A stretch of DNA of 64,000 nt, taken from positions 1,240,001-1,304,000 of the forward strand of contig JAQOWU010000008.1 in NCBI GenBank assembly GCA_030867685.1, in the 5' to 3' direction. The notes under the pieces are model-generated. The model had not been told where the DNA came from. It searched no databases and saw only the letters and a list, made by a program, of their open reading frames with translations. The stretch's first letter is position 1, and every line of letters begins with the position of its first letter. Made by a program: the position numbers and the translations under genes. Shown piece by piece: positions 40,957-51,811 of the stretch. The stretch comes from Wickerhamiella versatilis. Lineage: Eukaryota.

Positions 40957-40990
40957 GCCCTAATATTATTCATCACCAATACAACCCTAA
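40957..40990. promoter_or_regulatory. Two TTAGGG-type (Tbf1-like) sites in RPL6/COQ11 spacer
   Basis: GCCCTAA 40957-40963 and AACCCTAA 40983-40990. Confidence 0.45.
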
Positions 40991-40995
40991 ACCAA

Positions 40996-41766
40996 ATGTC
41001 GCTCGGTCGACTAGTTGTATTTGGTGGTACTGGGTTTTTAGGCCGTGAAGTATGCCGCCTAGGTGCAAAAACTGGTTGGTCTGTAACCTCGATTTCAAGG
41101 AAGTCACATTTGGGAACCAACAGTGACATCAACTATGTTGATGCTGATGTATTTGATTCCAACCAATATAGCGATATTTTAAGCCGTGCTGATGCGGTTG
41201 TGGACTGTATAGGCTCGATAATGGCCGATGCAAACTACAAAAGGTTGGTGAATAGACCTTTCTCTTTGTCTGCTGTTGGACAATTATTACATTCACGAAT
41301 ACTAGGTCCAAATCCCCTAGCTAACGATTCCTTGTCTCGATTGAATACGGATTCGGCAGCCTTGATTGCTAAGACATCCGCAGAGAACTCATCAATAATT
41401 AACGGTCGGCTACCATTTGTATATGTTTCTGCTGAAAATTGGAGTCAATTTGCGGATGATCAATATATCGAGTCGAAACGCAATGCAGAAGTGAAAATAT
41501 CAGCTTATCGAAATAAGTTAAGACCAGTCTATATTCGACCTGGATTCATGTATGAGCCACGATCAAACTCGACATGTTGGCCCACTGTTCGTGGCGTCCT
41601 ATCCACGGGTATTAATATCAGAGACACTCTCGTCGATGGTACACCAAAGGGTATTGAGATGGAAACTGTTGCATCGGCAATTATTGACGCTATTGGCGAC
41701 GATGAAATAGAAGGTGTTGTCTCGGGAGAGGCTTTAAAACAGTTCGAGAGCATGGCAAAAATCTGA
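40996..41766 (+). CDS. COQ11: Atypical SDR, Coq11-like
   Basis: LVVFGGTGFLG..VC...GW.V.S.SR, FVYVSA, YIESKR.AE, RPGFMY. Confidence 0.85.
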   Translation: MSLGRLVVFGGTGFLGREVCRLGAKTGWSVTSISRKSHLGTNSDINYVDADVFDSNQYSDILSRADAVVDCIGSIMADANYKRLVNRPFSLSAVGQLLHSRILGPNPLANDSLSRLNTDSAALIAKTSAENSSIINGRLPFVYVSAENWSQFADDQYIESKRNAEVKISAYRNKLRPVYIRPGFMYEPRSNSTCWPTVRGVLSTGINIRDTLVDGTPKGIEMETVASAIIDAIGDDEIEGVVSGEALKQFESMAKI

Positions 41767-41990
41767 GAAGTTCAGGGATCTCTTTGTATCGGAATTTTCA
41801 TATTGAAATCCAGTTTAAAGCAATTAATACTGCTACTCTATTCTGGTTTTTTGACTATCTACAGGCCGCTACCCGATCGGCGGATACTCTTGTGAGATCC
41901 AAGTTTGTGTAACTTTAGACAGGGTGTGACAGCATAATTTTGTTAAATAAGACATATTAATATGATCCAAATTTATAGGAGCATTTGGAA

Positions 41991-42356
41991 TCATATTCTG
42001 CGCTCGACACGGTTCAATTTCTTGGCCATAGTAGCGTTGGTCCTAGTTCGTTGTCCTCGCACTGGAAGACTTTGCTCATGCCGGATGCCTTCATAACATT
42101 TAATTTCAGCCTTCAGTCGTATGTTAGAAAGAACTTCATTGCGTAATTCCGTTTCTATTTTGAGCTGGGCAAGCTCCTTCGTGAGCATCATGATTTTCGG
42201 CTCGTCAAGCTGGTGCATACGCATACTGGGGTAAAAACCAAGTTTTGCACACAGCTCTTCAGCTGTCTTTCGTCCAACCCCAAAAAACTGCCTGCGTAGA
42301 CCATCTACAATCAGAGTATTCCCTCTGAACGATTTTCCCAGGACATTCGTGACCAT
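41991..42356 (-). CDS. SWS2: Mitochondrial ribosomal protein uS13m
   Basis: FGVG..TA..LC..LG.YP, Y.G.RH...LPVRGQRTRTNA. Confidence 0.95.
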   Translation of the reverse strand: MVTNVLGKSFRGNTLIVDGLRRQFFGVGRKTAEELCAKLGFYPSMRMHQLDEPKIMMLTKELAQLKIETELRNEVLSNIRLKAEIKCYEGIRHEQSLPVRGQRTRTNATMAKKLNRVERRI

Positions 42357-42603
42357 GATGACTAATCAGACAGTATTGGTGATCACCAATTTAACTACGA
42401 CAGATAGTACTTGGAACTTCATTGTGTGAGGTAAAGTGTTTTTATGTACCTAGTATTAATATAGAAAAATAATAAGGAATTTAAATCAATCAAGAACTAG
42501 GCTGATAGGATGTGAAACCAGCAGTGAAAAAATATTTCCCAAAAAAATACCGAAATCGCTTTTTGGCATTGGCCAATGGAGATCTTTTCTAAAACTTTCA
42601 TGA

Positions 42604-44205
42604 TTAGCGACGTCCAAATGTTTTTAAGGGATCACGGCGCAACTTTCGTTTGCCGTGCCCTTTCTTGAATCCTCCAGCGGGCCGGGTCTGCTTCTTGGCT
42701 ACAAAAATAGGTTTGGTGATGCGAGCCGATGCAGGCAGTAGGTAGTCTGGAACATGCTTGAGTTCATTATTTGTTCTGGAGGGATGTAGTTCATTGTCGT
42801 GCCTCAATGCTGCTAGGTCATCGGGATTTTCTTCAAAATGCCTTTGCAATTTTTCGCTTGCCAACAGCTCATTCTGAATTTCCTTGATACGGGCTTCCCG
42901 AACTGAAGTGCGAGTGACAGCTCGGAATCCATCTTCCATGCGGTATCGGAAACTATTCATTTGGTTCATGTCAAAATTGTAGGGCTTCACTTCGCTACCT
43001 AACGCTTCCTGGTTACGTATAATCCTGAGAAGAACTTTTTCATCTCGCCTGTTGGAAGGTGAAGAAGCAATTTTGTGTTTACCAAACTCTTCTTTAGGTA
43101 CCACAAATGATAATGCCATGCCGGATTTATTCGCACGAGCCGTTCGTCCTACTCTATGCGTGTAGGCTTTTGATGACACTGGCAAGTCGAAATTTAGTAC
43201 TGCTGCAACATTCTTGAAGTCAATTCCCCGACTAACACCATATTCAGTTGATTCACCCTTTTTACTGTCATCTCGACGACTATAGGCGTCATCAGTTGCG
43301 ATGAGAATATTATATACGTTCCGGTCAAATTGATTAACAATATGCAGCCGTGACGCAGCAGGAAGTTCCGAGTTAAGTACCACAGTACGAATTCCGAACT
43401 GCTCTAGAAATAGCCGTAATCTGTAGCCGCGGTCTATATCATTCACAAAGACAATAGTCTTTCCTTTGATGAGTCCAAGCTTAAAGATAATGTATGCCAG
43501 CAGGAATTTGTCCAGCTCGCTGCACTTGACATAGTATTGAAAGAGTTTATTGGCCTCTGACTCTTCATCAGTTAACTTCAACGTCACTGGCGCCTTACAG
43601 TAACGTTGTTTCAAGTCAGTGGTTCCAGAATCCAATGTAGCGCTCATAATCCATACTTGAGGTACCGACTTGATGAGTTCAGACAAGCTTTTGAGATCGC
43701 TTTCATAGCCATATGACATTAGCAGATCCGCTTCGTCGAAGACAAGATACTGCAGGGTACTTCCAGATATGGTGTTTTTTTTCAGCTGAGCCACCGCCAT
43801 GGAAGGGGTGGCAATAATGATATCTGGAGTGTCAGAGAGAAGCGTTTCACGGACTTCCTCAGGAACTTGCTGGGCAATATTAACATATCGTATATTCTTT
43901 GAGCAGAAGGCGGTGATCTGAGAAAGTACCTTCATGGCCTGCTCTGCCAGCTCTCGGGTTGGTACAATGACAAGTCCCTTATTACTCTTTTCACTTGGGC
44001 CCCTTAAGATCTGGTGAAGTATTGGAATGAGATACGCAGCCGTTTTTCCGCTACCGGTACGAGCCTGGGCAACTATGTCCTTACGGTCAATTAGAGACAA
44101 GGGAATAGAGCTTTCTTGAATTGGGGTAGTTTCTTTGAAGCCCATTCTCACCACTGCCTGGACTATACGGTCATCCAGACCGAATTCTGAGAATCCCTTC
44201 GCCAT
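42604..44205 (-). CDS. DBP9: DEAD-box RNA helicase Dbp9/DDX56
   Basis: ARTGSGKT, PTRELA, DEADL, SAT, EYGVSRGIDF, HRVGRTAR, FRYR, HVPDYL; ATG 44205. Confidence 0.96.
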   Translation of the reverse strand: MAKGFSEFGLDDRIVQAVVRMGFKETTPIQESSIPLSLIDRKDIVAQARTGSGKTAAYLIPILHQILRGPSEKSNKGLVIVPTRELAEQAMKVLSQITAFCSKNIRYVNIAQQVPEEVRETLLSDTPDIIIATPSMAVAQLKKNTISGSTLQYLVFDEADLLMSYGYESDLKSLSELIKSVPQVWIMSATLDSGTTDLKQRYCKAPVTLKLTDEESEANKLFQYYVKCSELDKFLLAYIIFKLGLIKGKTIVFVNDIDRGYRLRLFLEQFGIRTVVLNSELPAASRLHIVNQFDRNVYNILIATDDAYSRRDDSKKGESTEYGVSRGIDFKNVAAVLNFDLPVSSKAYTHRVGRTARANKSGMALSFVVPKEEFGKHKIASSPSNRRDEKVLLRIIRNQEALGSEVKPYNFDMNQMNSFRYRMEDGFRAVTRTSVREARIKEIQNELLASEKLQRHFEENPDDLAALRHDNELHPSRTNNELKHVPDYLLPASARITKPIFVAKKQTRPAGGFKKGHGKRKLRRDPLKTFGRR

Positions 44206-44301
44206 TGCAAAAATTACGTAATGAAATTTATTTTGACCAAGGTTGTGTGCCTGTGGTAAATCCAGGATTGAAACCTTGAAACACATACACACACAACGCC
44301 T

Positions 44302-44313
44302 CAAAAATTTTCA
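44302..44313 (-). promoter_or_regulatory. RRPE-like element upstream of DBP9
   Basis: TGAAAATTTTTG on minus strand ~100 bp upstream of a ribosome-biogenesis gene. Confidence 0.45.
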
Positions 44314-45582
44314 TTTCCAATTTCCAATTCCCAGTCAATCATATCATCTATATTTCCGATCCAAAAGCGTCTTTACGTATACATCCTCGTACCGCATTTT
44401 CGTTGGTTCTCCAGAAGAATGGACAACAAATGAGGCTGAAAACGTATTGTTTTTTGCCACCTTGAGGTATCAAGCCTTTAAATTGCTCAGTTTCTCTCCT
44501 TACCTCAAGGAACCTTCAATATTATCGCAACGATTGCCAAAGTCAGGTCGATATGGTGATTTAAGGCTAAGAGACGTGCTAAATGTCTCGGACACCTAAG
44601 CGACAATTGATGCTCGCAGATCTGCACTATAGACCTACCGCTTGCATTTTGAACAATGACGTACCAATATGAATTACTAAGAAGTAAGTCCAGATTTTTA
44701 ACAATAACCGTATGGCAAGCATTGACAGAAGTGTAGTGAGGCTAGATGGCATGGATCAAAGTTAAAATAAACGGGGTTACTTTAGTATGGAGGATCGAAT
44801 TGGTACATAAGTTTACGTTAGGGCTCTTGTTTCCGAATTGAGTTAGAACCACGGAGAAGAAAGTAATAAGGGGAGCTTTTTACACTCAGGATTGATGTAT
44901 GTAGGCTAATGCTAGGCTATTCTGAGAGAATTTCGAGACATTTGTAGCTTACAAGGCATGTGGAGAGACTATGCACGAAATCAACGATGACTAACAATTT
45001 ACCCCTTAAATACATGTGTCATTGCATGTGACGAGACCCACCAGCAAAAAAAAGGGAACTAGCATAATTGATACCAGAAGAGACGTTCTAGTTCTTCCAA
45101 TTACGATGTGTTTTCTTCGTAAACGCGACTTATTTAGGTTGCATCCAGTTCAGTCCACATGCAGAGAACCAAGTGTTGCAGTGAAGGTTTCCGGGATACT
45201 CTTGGATGAATGGCTAAAATTACAATTTTAATTAGTAAAACTGAAACTGTTAATTCACGTTTAAGGTATGACAAGAAGAATAATGTCCAAAGTCTCTCGA
45301 TAGATGTTCGATTGACCAATTTCTAGGAGCTTGAAAAATTTCGATAAGCTGACGTGATAATAACCAACAGACCTGATCTGTTCAGTCGGAACCCTCGTGT
45401 AGGTAATGTTCTATAACGAGCTATCAGCATAATGTCTTCGACAAAATAAGTGGAAAAATTTATCAAATGATAAGCATGTAAAAGTTTAATCATTTCTCAA
45501 TCACTCTATATACCCCGCTTCTTTTTTAATGAAGCATACCCTTGAGCAAAGGACGCAACCCTAACCACAAGATAACGAGGAA

Positions 45583-47124
45583 ATGTCGGTGCGCTCTTCC
45601 CCTCGTCACTTACAAACTGGTCCCAAGGAAGCACATTGGGCAAAAATTTGCCTTAGCCGTGTTATACTGATGCATGGAAGCCCCGAGCCTAGTCTTGCAT
45701 CATGCGGAGCCAGTTCGGCAGATGAGACCGCTTTGAAGGACGGGGGAAGTCGCGAGTTGCCTATACTAGCGGCAAGGCTTAACCTAGAACCACCAGAAGG
45801 GACTGAATACAGTAGTTCTGTGGGAACATGTAATAATGAGGTCCTAGAGCCTATGGAATTGAGGCGTAGTGCCACCTGCCTGTCGCTTGAACCGGCACCG
45901 ACATCCGATGGCGCGGAAAGTGACGGAGAAATTGAGAACCTTGGCCGGCCAGGTCTCGTGAGGAAGAAAAGTGGTGAGCTAGTAAAGCCCTCATTGGTCA
46001 AGTTACCCCGAGTACGCTCAGAACCAACCACAAAAAGTGTACACTTTAAGGACAAGGACCACCTTGTCCATGTACGTCGCTTCTCGCGTCTGGAACACCC
46101 ATCAGCGGTAAGTTTTAATGTTGGCGCCGATGATGATTGGAGTGGGTCTGAGATTGATGACGAGGATACCGACTTGGAGGCTGATAAAGTCACATTGTGC
46201 GATTTGAGTAAATTTTCGCTGGAGACTCCGAATCTTACGCCCCATAAATATGCCAATGCCTCTGCTGAAAACAGACCTGTAGTTTACTTGGATAGCTTCA
46301 CTCTTTCTCGGGCTCATAATTCATTTTTTGGTAATGTCTTCGTACGCAATTTGGGGTATGCCAAGGATGTGACCTTGCGAATTACTGCAGACGATTGGGC
46401 AAGCTACAGTGAGATTAAAACCGTATGGAGTGGTGATATCCGTAAGCGAGATAGGCAAGCCGGTTATGATAGATTTGTTTTCACGATTGGCATGGCTAAT
46501 ATGCCTGCCGCTTTACTCAGTGGACATCCAATGTATGTTTGTATCAGATATGATGTGAATGGTCATGAATACTGGGATAATAATGGAGGATCTAATTATA
46601 AAGCTTGTCTTGTGGACCAGGCAGGAGAACGCCAACGTCGTAGCCGACAAAGATGGTTTCCAGACCAAAGAAAGCGACCAGGTCCAACACGACTTGCACT
46701 GGATACAGATCTCGAATTTCCTAATGCATCAGAGGCTTACAACCCCAGTGAAGCTCAATCGGACTATAATTCACTTCTTGCATCTATAAGTGGATTACCT
46801 ATCCGGTCCGATGCAACCAACAATGTCGCGGGTGGCCCCCAAGGCCATCTCAAAAGCCGATACTCTTTTCAAGCTGCCTATAACTCTCCACCGCATTCCA
46901 AACCTAGTAAAGTGCCCTCATCCGAACCAATATCGCCAACCGCCTCGTCTGGAGGCACGCATCGTAAGGCGGAGCGTGTATTCCCGAATTCTGGCCACGA
47001 CAAAGGATGGGATGTCTCATCTTACGAAGACCTTCTCTCCAAATATTGTTTCTATGGTAGTCGAGATACAGAGAAAGAGCAGGGGCAATCCTTGAAAAAG
47101 GAAACGGTCCCGTTGTCACTCTAA
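45583..47124 (+). CDS. Glycogen-targeting PP1 regulatory subunit (Gac1/Pig-like, CBM21)
   Basis: RKKSGELVKPSL, RVxF-type KSVHF, G.VFVRNLGYAK.V, DRF.F, YWDNNGGSNY, Y..L..KYCF. Confidence 0.88.
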   Translation: MSVRSSPRHLQTGPKEAHWAKICLSRVILMHGSPEPSLASCGASSADETALKDGGSRELPILAARLNLEPPEGTEYSSSVGTCNNEVLEPMELRRSATCLSLEPAPTSDGAESDGEIENLGRPGLVRKKSGELVKPSLVKLPRVRSEPTTKSVHFKDKDHLVHVRRFSRLEHPSAVSFNVGADDDWSGSEIDDEDTDLEADKVTLCDLSKFSLETPNLTPHKYANASAENRPVVYLDSFTLSRAHNSFFGNVFVRNLGYAKDVTLRITADDWASYSEIKTVWSGDIRKRDRQAGYDRFVFTIGMANMPAALLSGHPMYVCIRYDVNGHEYWDNNGGSNYKACLVDQAGERQRRSRQRWFPDQRKRPGPTRLALDTDLEFPNASEAYNPSEAQSDYNSLLASISGLPIRSDATNNVAGGPQGHLKSRYSFQAAYNSPPHSKPSKVPSSEPISPTASSGGTHRKAERVFPNSGHDKGWDVSSYEDLLSKYCFYGSRDTEKEQGQSLKKETVPLSL

Positions 47125-47317
47125 GCATCTTCAGTCTTTTAATTTATATATAGCCCTGCCCAGTCATATGCAGGATCTTTGCGCAATCCAACTATTAAAT
47201 TATAAATTGATCGATCGAATTTAAATATGAAGTTTTCAAGGTTAAAAATGTACCCTAAAAAAATAAATCAGAAAATCCACTCATAAGCAGGTGAGCCGAA
47301 AAGGATATCAAAGACTG

Positions 47318-49111
47318 CTACACGTCAAAAGAGTAGATTTTGACAAGGCCATCATCACCGCCCGAGGCAAAACCAGTATCTGTTAGCCCTACACAACAAA
47401 CCGGGCGAGTGTGTCCTGAGAATGTGTGCCAGCACTTACCAGACTGTAGGTCCCAGACTTTCACTAGTTTATCGTGAGCACCACTTACAATGCGGAAATG
47501 GTCGGCGGCAATACACCAAACACCTTCAACATGTCCAAAGAGCGTACGTGCACACTTTCCACTCGCAATGTCCCATAACTTAATAGTGTTATCCAGTGAT
47601 GCAGTCAGTAAATGTGTCGGTCTTTTCAAGACAAGCTCATCCTTAACATCGTCATCACTGTTCGTAATTTCCTCAGATACTGCACCGTTATTAGGCACCG
47701 GTGATAACTCAATTAGATGATGATGGTCGTCTTCCTCTTCAAGATGCTCGAGTGTGATAGGAAGCGCATATTGTATCTGTGCGATATGTGCCAATGGCCC
47801 ATTGTCAGGACCTCCAAACACTTTGATACAATTCTTTGTGCGCAAGTCCCACATACGTACCGTGAGATCTTCAGAAGAAGTATATAGAGTCGCTGAGGCG
47901 TTGTGTATCCGTACGGAGTGTACGGGCTCGGTATGGCCTCTCAGAGTGAAGCATGACTTCTCCACGAAATCCCATATTTTGATTGTTGAGTCTGAGGACC
48001 CCGCAGCAATCAAATTACCATCAAAGTCAATACACAGGACCTTAGCTTCATGACCACGGAAAGTGCAGAGACACTGACCATCATGATAGCACCACACCCG
48101 CACGCTCTGATCCCATGAACCTGTAACAAGCTTTTGCGCATCAAATTTTAATGCAGATACTCCTCGAAAATGACCACTAAGTGTCTTAATATGCTCCATC
48201 GTCTCCACATCCCACATGTGAACAAGCCCGTCGTAGGTGCCTGTAATTAAATACTGCTCATCAAACTGGAGTGACAAAACAGGTGATGAATGCTGAAATT
48301 GTTTTGTGATATGTTTGCCGGTACGCCAATTAGTCTCGAGCTTATACCGTTCAATGAATATATCTTTCCACGGCCGTGTTTTGTGCTCCAATGCAGTGGT
48401 GGCTTCCTCAACTTTGTCACCATCGAGATGCTCGCGCTTTCGCTTTCCAAGTGAGCCCACATTATCCTCAAGAGGAGTTGCTTGTCTCAAATTTTGTGAG
48501 CTGAGATTCGCAAGGCGTTCCACCATGGCTCGCTTGGATTTTCGAAGACGCTGCTGTTCTAATAGTGGAAGTCCCCAGCCGCATTTGGTACATTTACGGT
48601 CAATATGCTGCTCACAAAGGTGATACCATACCACATCATCGTCGGCAAGCTTCTTCCAGTGGTGGTTCACCATTGAAGCTTGACTTAGTGATCTCGCATC
48701 GAGATACTGTAGAATCTTGAATGAAAGCTCAATTGGAAGTGAAGTGATAAAATCAATGCGAACCAGCTCATGAACCATCGCAGATACATCGCTGAGCTGA
48801 GGAAAGCAACACCTGCTGAGCATTCCTCGAAGGATGATCTGCCGTTGCCGCGAAGGGGCAGCTGCAAAAAGACTCCACATGTGACTGATAACTTCGCAAT
48901 CTTCTGTGGGCAGCGAATGAAGCTCTTCTTGCAGTGTCAGCATTGTCCATTTGTCGGGTAGCAGCCCGGCGTGATCTGGATGGTGGCGGTAGCAATACTC
49001 GATACGAGCCTTCTTGGCCTCAGCATGGCGTGCCATATAAGCAGCTATCAAGCCAGCCTTTCCCTCGGATGCGGCAGCTAGAGCTGTTTTCGGCTTGTTT
49101 GAATTCCCCAT
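47318..49111 (-). CDS. MET30: F-box/WD40 sulfur regulator Met30/SconB
   Basis: YCYRHHPD, CCFPQLS, F-box LPIELSFKIL.YLD, CEQHIDRKCTKCGWGLPLL, WD40 repeats; ATG 49111. Confidence 0.95.
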   Translation of the reverse strand: MGNSNKPKTALAAASEGKAGLIAAYMARHAEAKKARIEYCYRHHPDHAGLLPDKWTMLTLQEELHSLPTEDCEVISHMWSLFAAAPSRQRQIILRGMLSRCCFPQLSDVSAMVHELVRIDFITSLPIELSFKILQYLDARSLSQASMVNHHWKKLADDDVVWYHLCEQHIDRKCTKCGWGLPLLEQQRLRKSKRAMVERLANLSSQNLRQATPLEDNVGSLGKRKREHLDGDKVEEATTALEHKTRPWKDIFIERYKLETNWRTGKHITKQFQHSSPVLSLQFDEQYLITGTYDGLVHMWDVETMEHIKTLSGHFRGVSALKFDAQKLVTGSWDQSVRVWCYHDGQCLCTFRGHEAKVLCIDFDGNLIAAGSSDSTIKIWDFVEKSCFTLRGHTEPVHSVRIHNASATLYTSSEDLTVRMWDLRTKNCIKVFGGPDNGPLAHIAQIQYALPITLEHLEEEDDHHHLIELSPVPNNGAVSEEITNSDDDVKDELVLKRPTHLLTASLDNTIKLWDIASGKCARTLFGHVEGVWCIAADHFRIVSGAHDKLVKVWDLQSGKCWHTFSGHTRPVCCVGLTDTGFASGGDDGLVKIYSFDV

Positions 49112-49179
49112 TGTAGGAATCAATCGTGAGAAACTCTGATTATATAATTTCGCCAATATACATACACGATGAGAATATA

Positions 49180-49187
49180 TCACGTGA
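49180..49187. promoter_or_regulatory. Cbf1 site TCACGTGA upstream of MET30
   Basis: Perfect palindrome ~70 bp upstream of the ATG; fits the Cbf1/Met4 sulfur regulon. Confidence 0.6.
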
Positions 49188-49249
49188 CAATTGCCTAATG
49201 ACCGATGACCGTTTTCTGTTTTATCTAACTCCTAGGCTTATATATAGGA

Positions 49250-51670
49250 TTATTCCTTGCTCTTATCTTCTTTGAGTGTGACAATACGATTAAGAACAAT
49301 AGAATCATCCAAGCTTTCTTTATCCATGCAATAGTAACCAACTCTTAGTGCCTGGAAACGTACTGATTCAGGAGAGCCCTTCTTATCCTGTCCTCCCAGA
49401 ATTTTATCTTCCTCAGACTTCGCCTCGACTGTCCAAGGTGACTTCTGCCGAACTTCATTAAAGCCAAGCTCAATTATTGCATTTTTATGGACTTTTTCGC
49501 TGTCAGGGTTGATGTCTTGAAGAAATCCATCTGGGTGAGAACTTGGATTGTCAGATTTGAAAAGCCGGTCAAACTCCCGAACCTCCGATATTTCTATGGG
49601 GCTGGAATCTTTAGGACTTTCAGCTATCCACGAAATATAAGATTTGGGCTTTACAGGCTGTGGTAAGTCGTTTTCATATGTTGCATGGATTTGCACAATA
49701 TTTCCGACCGAGTCGCGTTCAACACTTGTCATTCGCACAGTATGTGGGATCCTCAACAAACCGACGCTTTGGTTCGGCTGCATGCGGAAATAATTCGAGC
49801 TGAAGTCCTCCCTAAAATCAGAGCGATCGATATAAAACACACGCGTGAATGGCAATTTATGTTCTCCCATTTGAGGCACACCTGGTTTGAATGGCATATC
49901 GACATAAGTGTGGTAATCCTCCGGCAAGTTATCCAGAACCACCTTTACCGGGTCTAAAATCATCATCAAACGGGGAACGGTGTTCTCTAGGTGCTTGCGC
50001 ACGCTGCCATCAAACCTGACAGTTTCTATTTGAGATGTTGTTGTAGTCACACCAAGCTCACTGATAAAATTAAGAATGGCACCAGGAGGAACACCGCGTC
50101 TGCGAAGCGCAACAAGCGTATACAGACGTGGATCATCCCAGTCACGAACATAGCCTTCTTGTACAAGCTGCAGGAGCTTACGCTTAGACATTACACTTCC
50201 GGTGAGATTAAGTCTTCCAAACTCTCTTTGGGCAGGTTTGTAAACGCGGACGGCATCACATAGCCATTCGTAGGACTCACGACTTAGACGAAACTCCAGG
50301 GTGCACAGAGAATGGCTAATGTTCTCTAAAGAATCAACCAGACAGTGGGTAAAATCATATGTAGGATAAATCTTCCACCGGGACCCTGTCCTATGATGTT
50401 CAGCATTAAGCACTCGATAGGCGACAAGATCCCACATCTGGGGGTTTGGACTATCTAAATCCTGCTTCATTCGAAGCGTCGCCTCTCCCTTACCATATTT
50501 CCCATCACGCATTTGCCTGAAAAGTGTCAAAGTCTTTTCCGGATCCTCAGCAGCCGCACGACAAGGACATGGCCGGCGCTCACCACCTTTCGATCCATCC
50601 TCCTGGACACCACGATATCGCTTGACCTGATCTGGAGTACAGAAACATACGTATGCTAACTTGTTCTGGATTAAGGTCTCTGCGAGCTCGTATAACTTGT
50701 CGAAATAGTCTGATGACCAGGTAATCTTGAATGGTTTAAAGCCAAGCCAGTGGACTATATCAACAATACTATCACTGAATTGAGTATCCTCAGCCTCGGG
50801 ATTCGTATCATCAAAGCGCAAGTAGCATTCACCGTGATGAAACGCGGCGAAACCAAAGTCAACAGCGATAGCTTTGGCATGTCCGATGTGCAAGAATCCA
50901 TTCGGTTCTGGTGGAAACCTGGTGAATACTTTTCCATGGGTAGCCTTAAGGTGTTCCTCCATTAGTTTAGGATCGATCTGAGGGTTTTCACCGGGGTTAT
51001 GCAAGTGTGCAAGAAACCCTTCGTGAAACATATTTTTGCTGGATGTCGGTACCTTGACCTCTTCTTTCTTCACTTTGGAGCCTTTCTTTTCCTTCTTAGC
51101 TTGTAACTTGGGATTGTCTCGCTCATCTTTGGGACCTAGTATTCTCAGAAATTCCGCATCAATGGCCGGCTTGATATGGGCCGGGTTAGCCCACTTTAGT
51201 GCGGGAATTTTCTTTACCTCACCCATGGTCTTTGGAAGACTCTTATACCTATCCTTCTCAATGATATCCTTGTGTTCTTGCACATATTTTTGGACCTCAG
51301 ATGCTACATCGGCCTCGGTGACCACTATACCAACACCGGATTCCTTTTTCATTTCATCTAAGGTGGGGGAGCTGGATGAACTTACATATTTCCAGGCAGC
51401 ACTCACCTGCAGTGGAGATACAAGTGAGCCATCTGCAATAGACTGCGACACCATACGTCGATGTGCGCGAGCTTCTGGCGTAGCTCCACGGGTTGCAAGA
51501 GCTAGGTTATGCAAGAGCGAGCTCTTAGGAGCATAGTTTGCTTCCTCTGCTATTTCTACCAACTCAGAAGCAACTTTCTTATTCTTTAAGACGTCATTTA
51601 GACTTTGGTCTGCGAAACCAATCCGCTTAAGACGATCCGCCACTTCGTCTTCTGGCCCTGGCTGACTCAT
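49250..51670 (-). CDS. GLN4: Glutaminyl-tRNA synthetase
   Basis: Eukaryotic N-terminal appendage, TRFPPEPNGFLHIGH, RFDDTNP, YPTYDFTH, MSKR. Confidence 0.97.
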   Translation of the reverse strand: MSQPGPEDEVADRLKRIGFADQSLNDVLKNKKVASELVEIAEEANYAPKSSLLHNLALATRGATPEARAHRRMVSQSIADGSLVSPLQVSAAWKYVSSSSSPTLDEMKKESGVGIVVTEADVASEVQKYVQEHKDIIEKDRYKSLPKTMGEVKKIPALKWANPAHIKPAIDAEFLRILGPKDERDNPKLQAKKEKKGSKVKKEEVKVPTSSKNMFHEGFLAHLHNPGENPQIDPKLMEEHLKATHGKVFTRFPPEPNGFLHIGHAKAIAVDFGFAAFHHGECYLRFDDTNPEAEDTQFSDSIVDIVHWLGFKPFKITWSSDYFDKLYELAETLIQNKLAYVCFCTPDQVKRYRGVQEDGSKGGERRPCPCRAAAEDPEKTLTLFRQMRDGKYGKGEATLRMKQDLDSPNPQMWDLVAYRVLNAEHHRTGSRWKIYPTYDFTHCLVDSLENISHSLCTLEFRLSRESYEWLCDAVRVYKPAQREFGRLNLTGSVMSKRKLLQLVQEGYVRDWDDPRLYTLVALRRRGVPPGAILNFISELGVTTTTSQIETVRFDGSVRKHLENTVPRLMMILDPVKVVLDNLPEDYHTYVDMPFKPGVPQMGEHKLPFTRVFYIDRSDFREDFSSNYFRMQPNQSVGLLRIPHTVRMTSVERDSVGNIVQIHATYENDLPQPVKPKSYISWIAESPKDSSPIEISEVREFDRLFKSDNPSSHPDGFLQDINPDSEKVHKNAIIELGFNEVRQKSPWTVEAKSEEDKILGGQDKKGSPESVRFQALRVGYYCMDKESLDDSIVLNRIVTLKEDKSKE

Positions 51671-51743
51671 AATAGAGGAAACTTCGAAGAGTGGGTGCTT
51701 TTGAAGGTTGAATTCATAAGAGTGTAAGAGTTGGTTCAGCTGC

Positions 51744-51750
51744 TCACGTG
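51744..51750. promoter_or_regulatory. Cbf1-type E-box TCACGTG
   Basis: In the GLN4 divergent spacer. Confidence 0.35.
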
Positions 51751-51811
51751 TCGGTCATATTAATATACAATAGAACAATTCTGTTGGGTGAGTTAAAGGA
51801 GCAAATCATTA

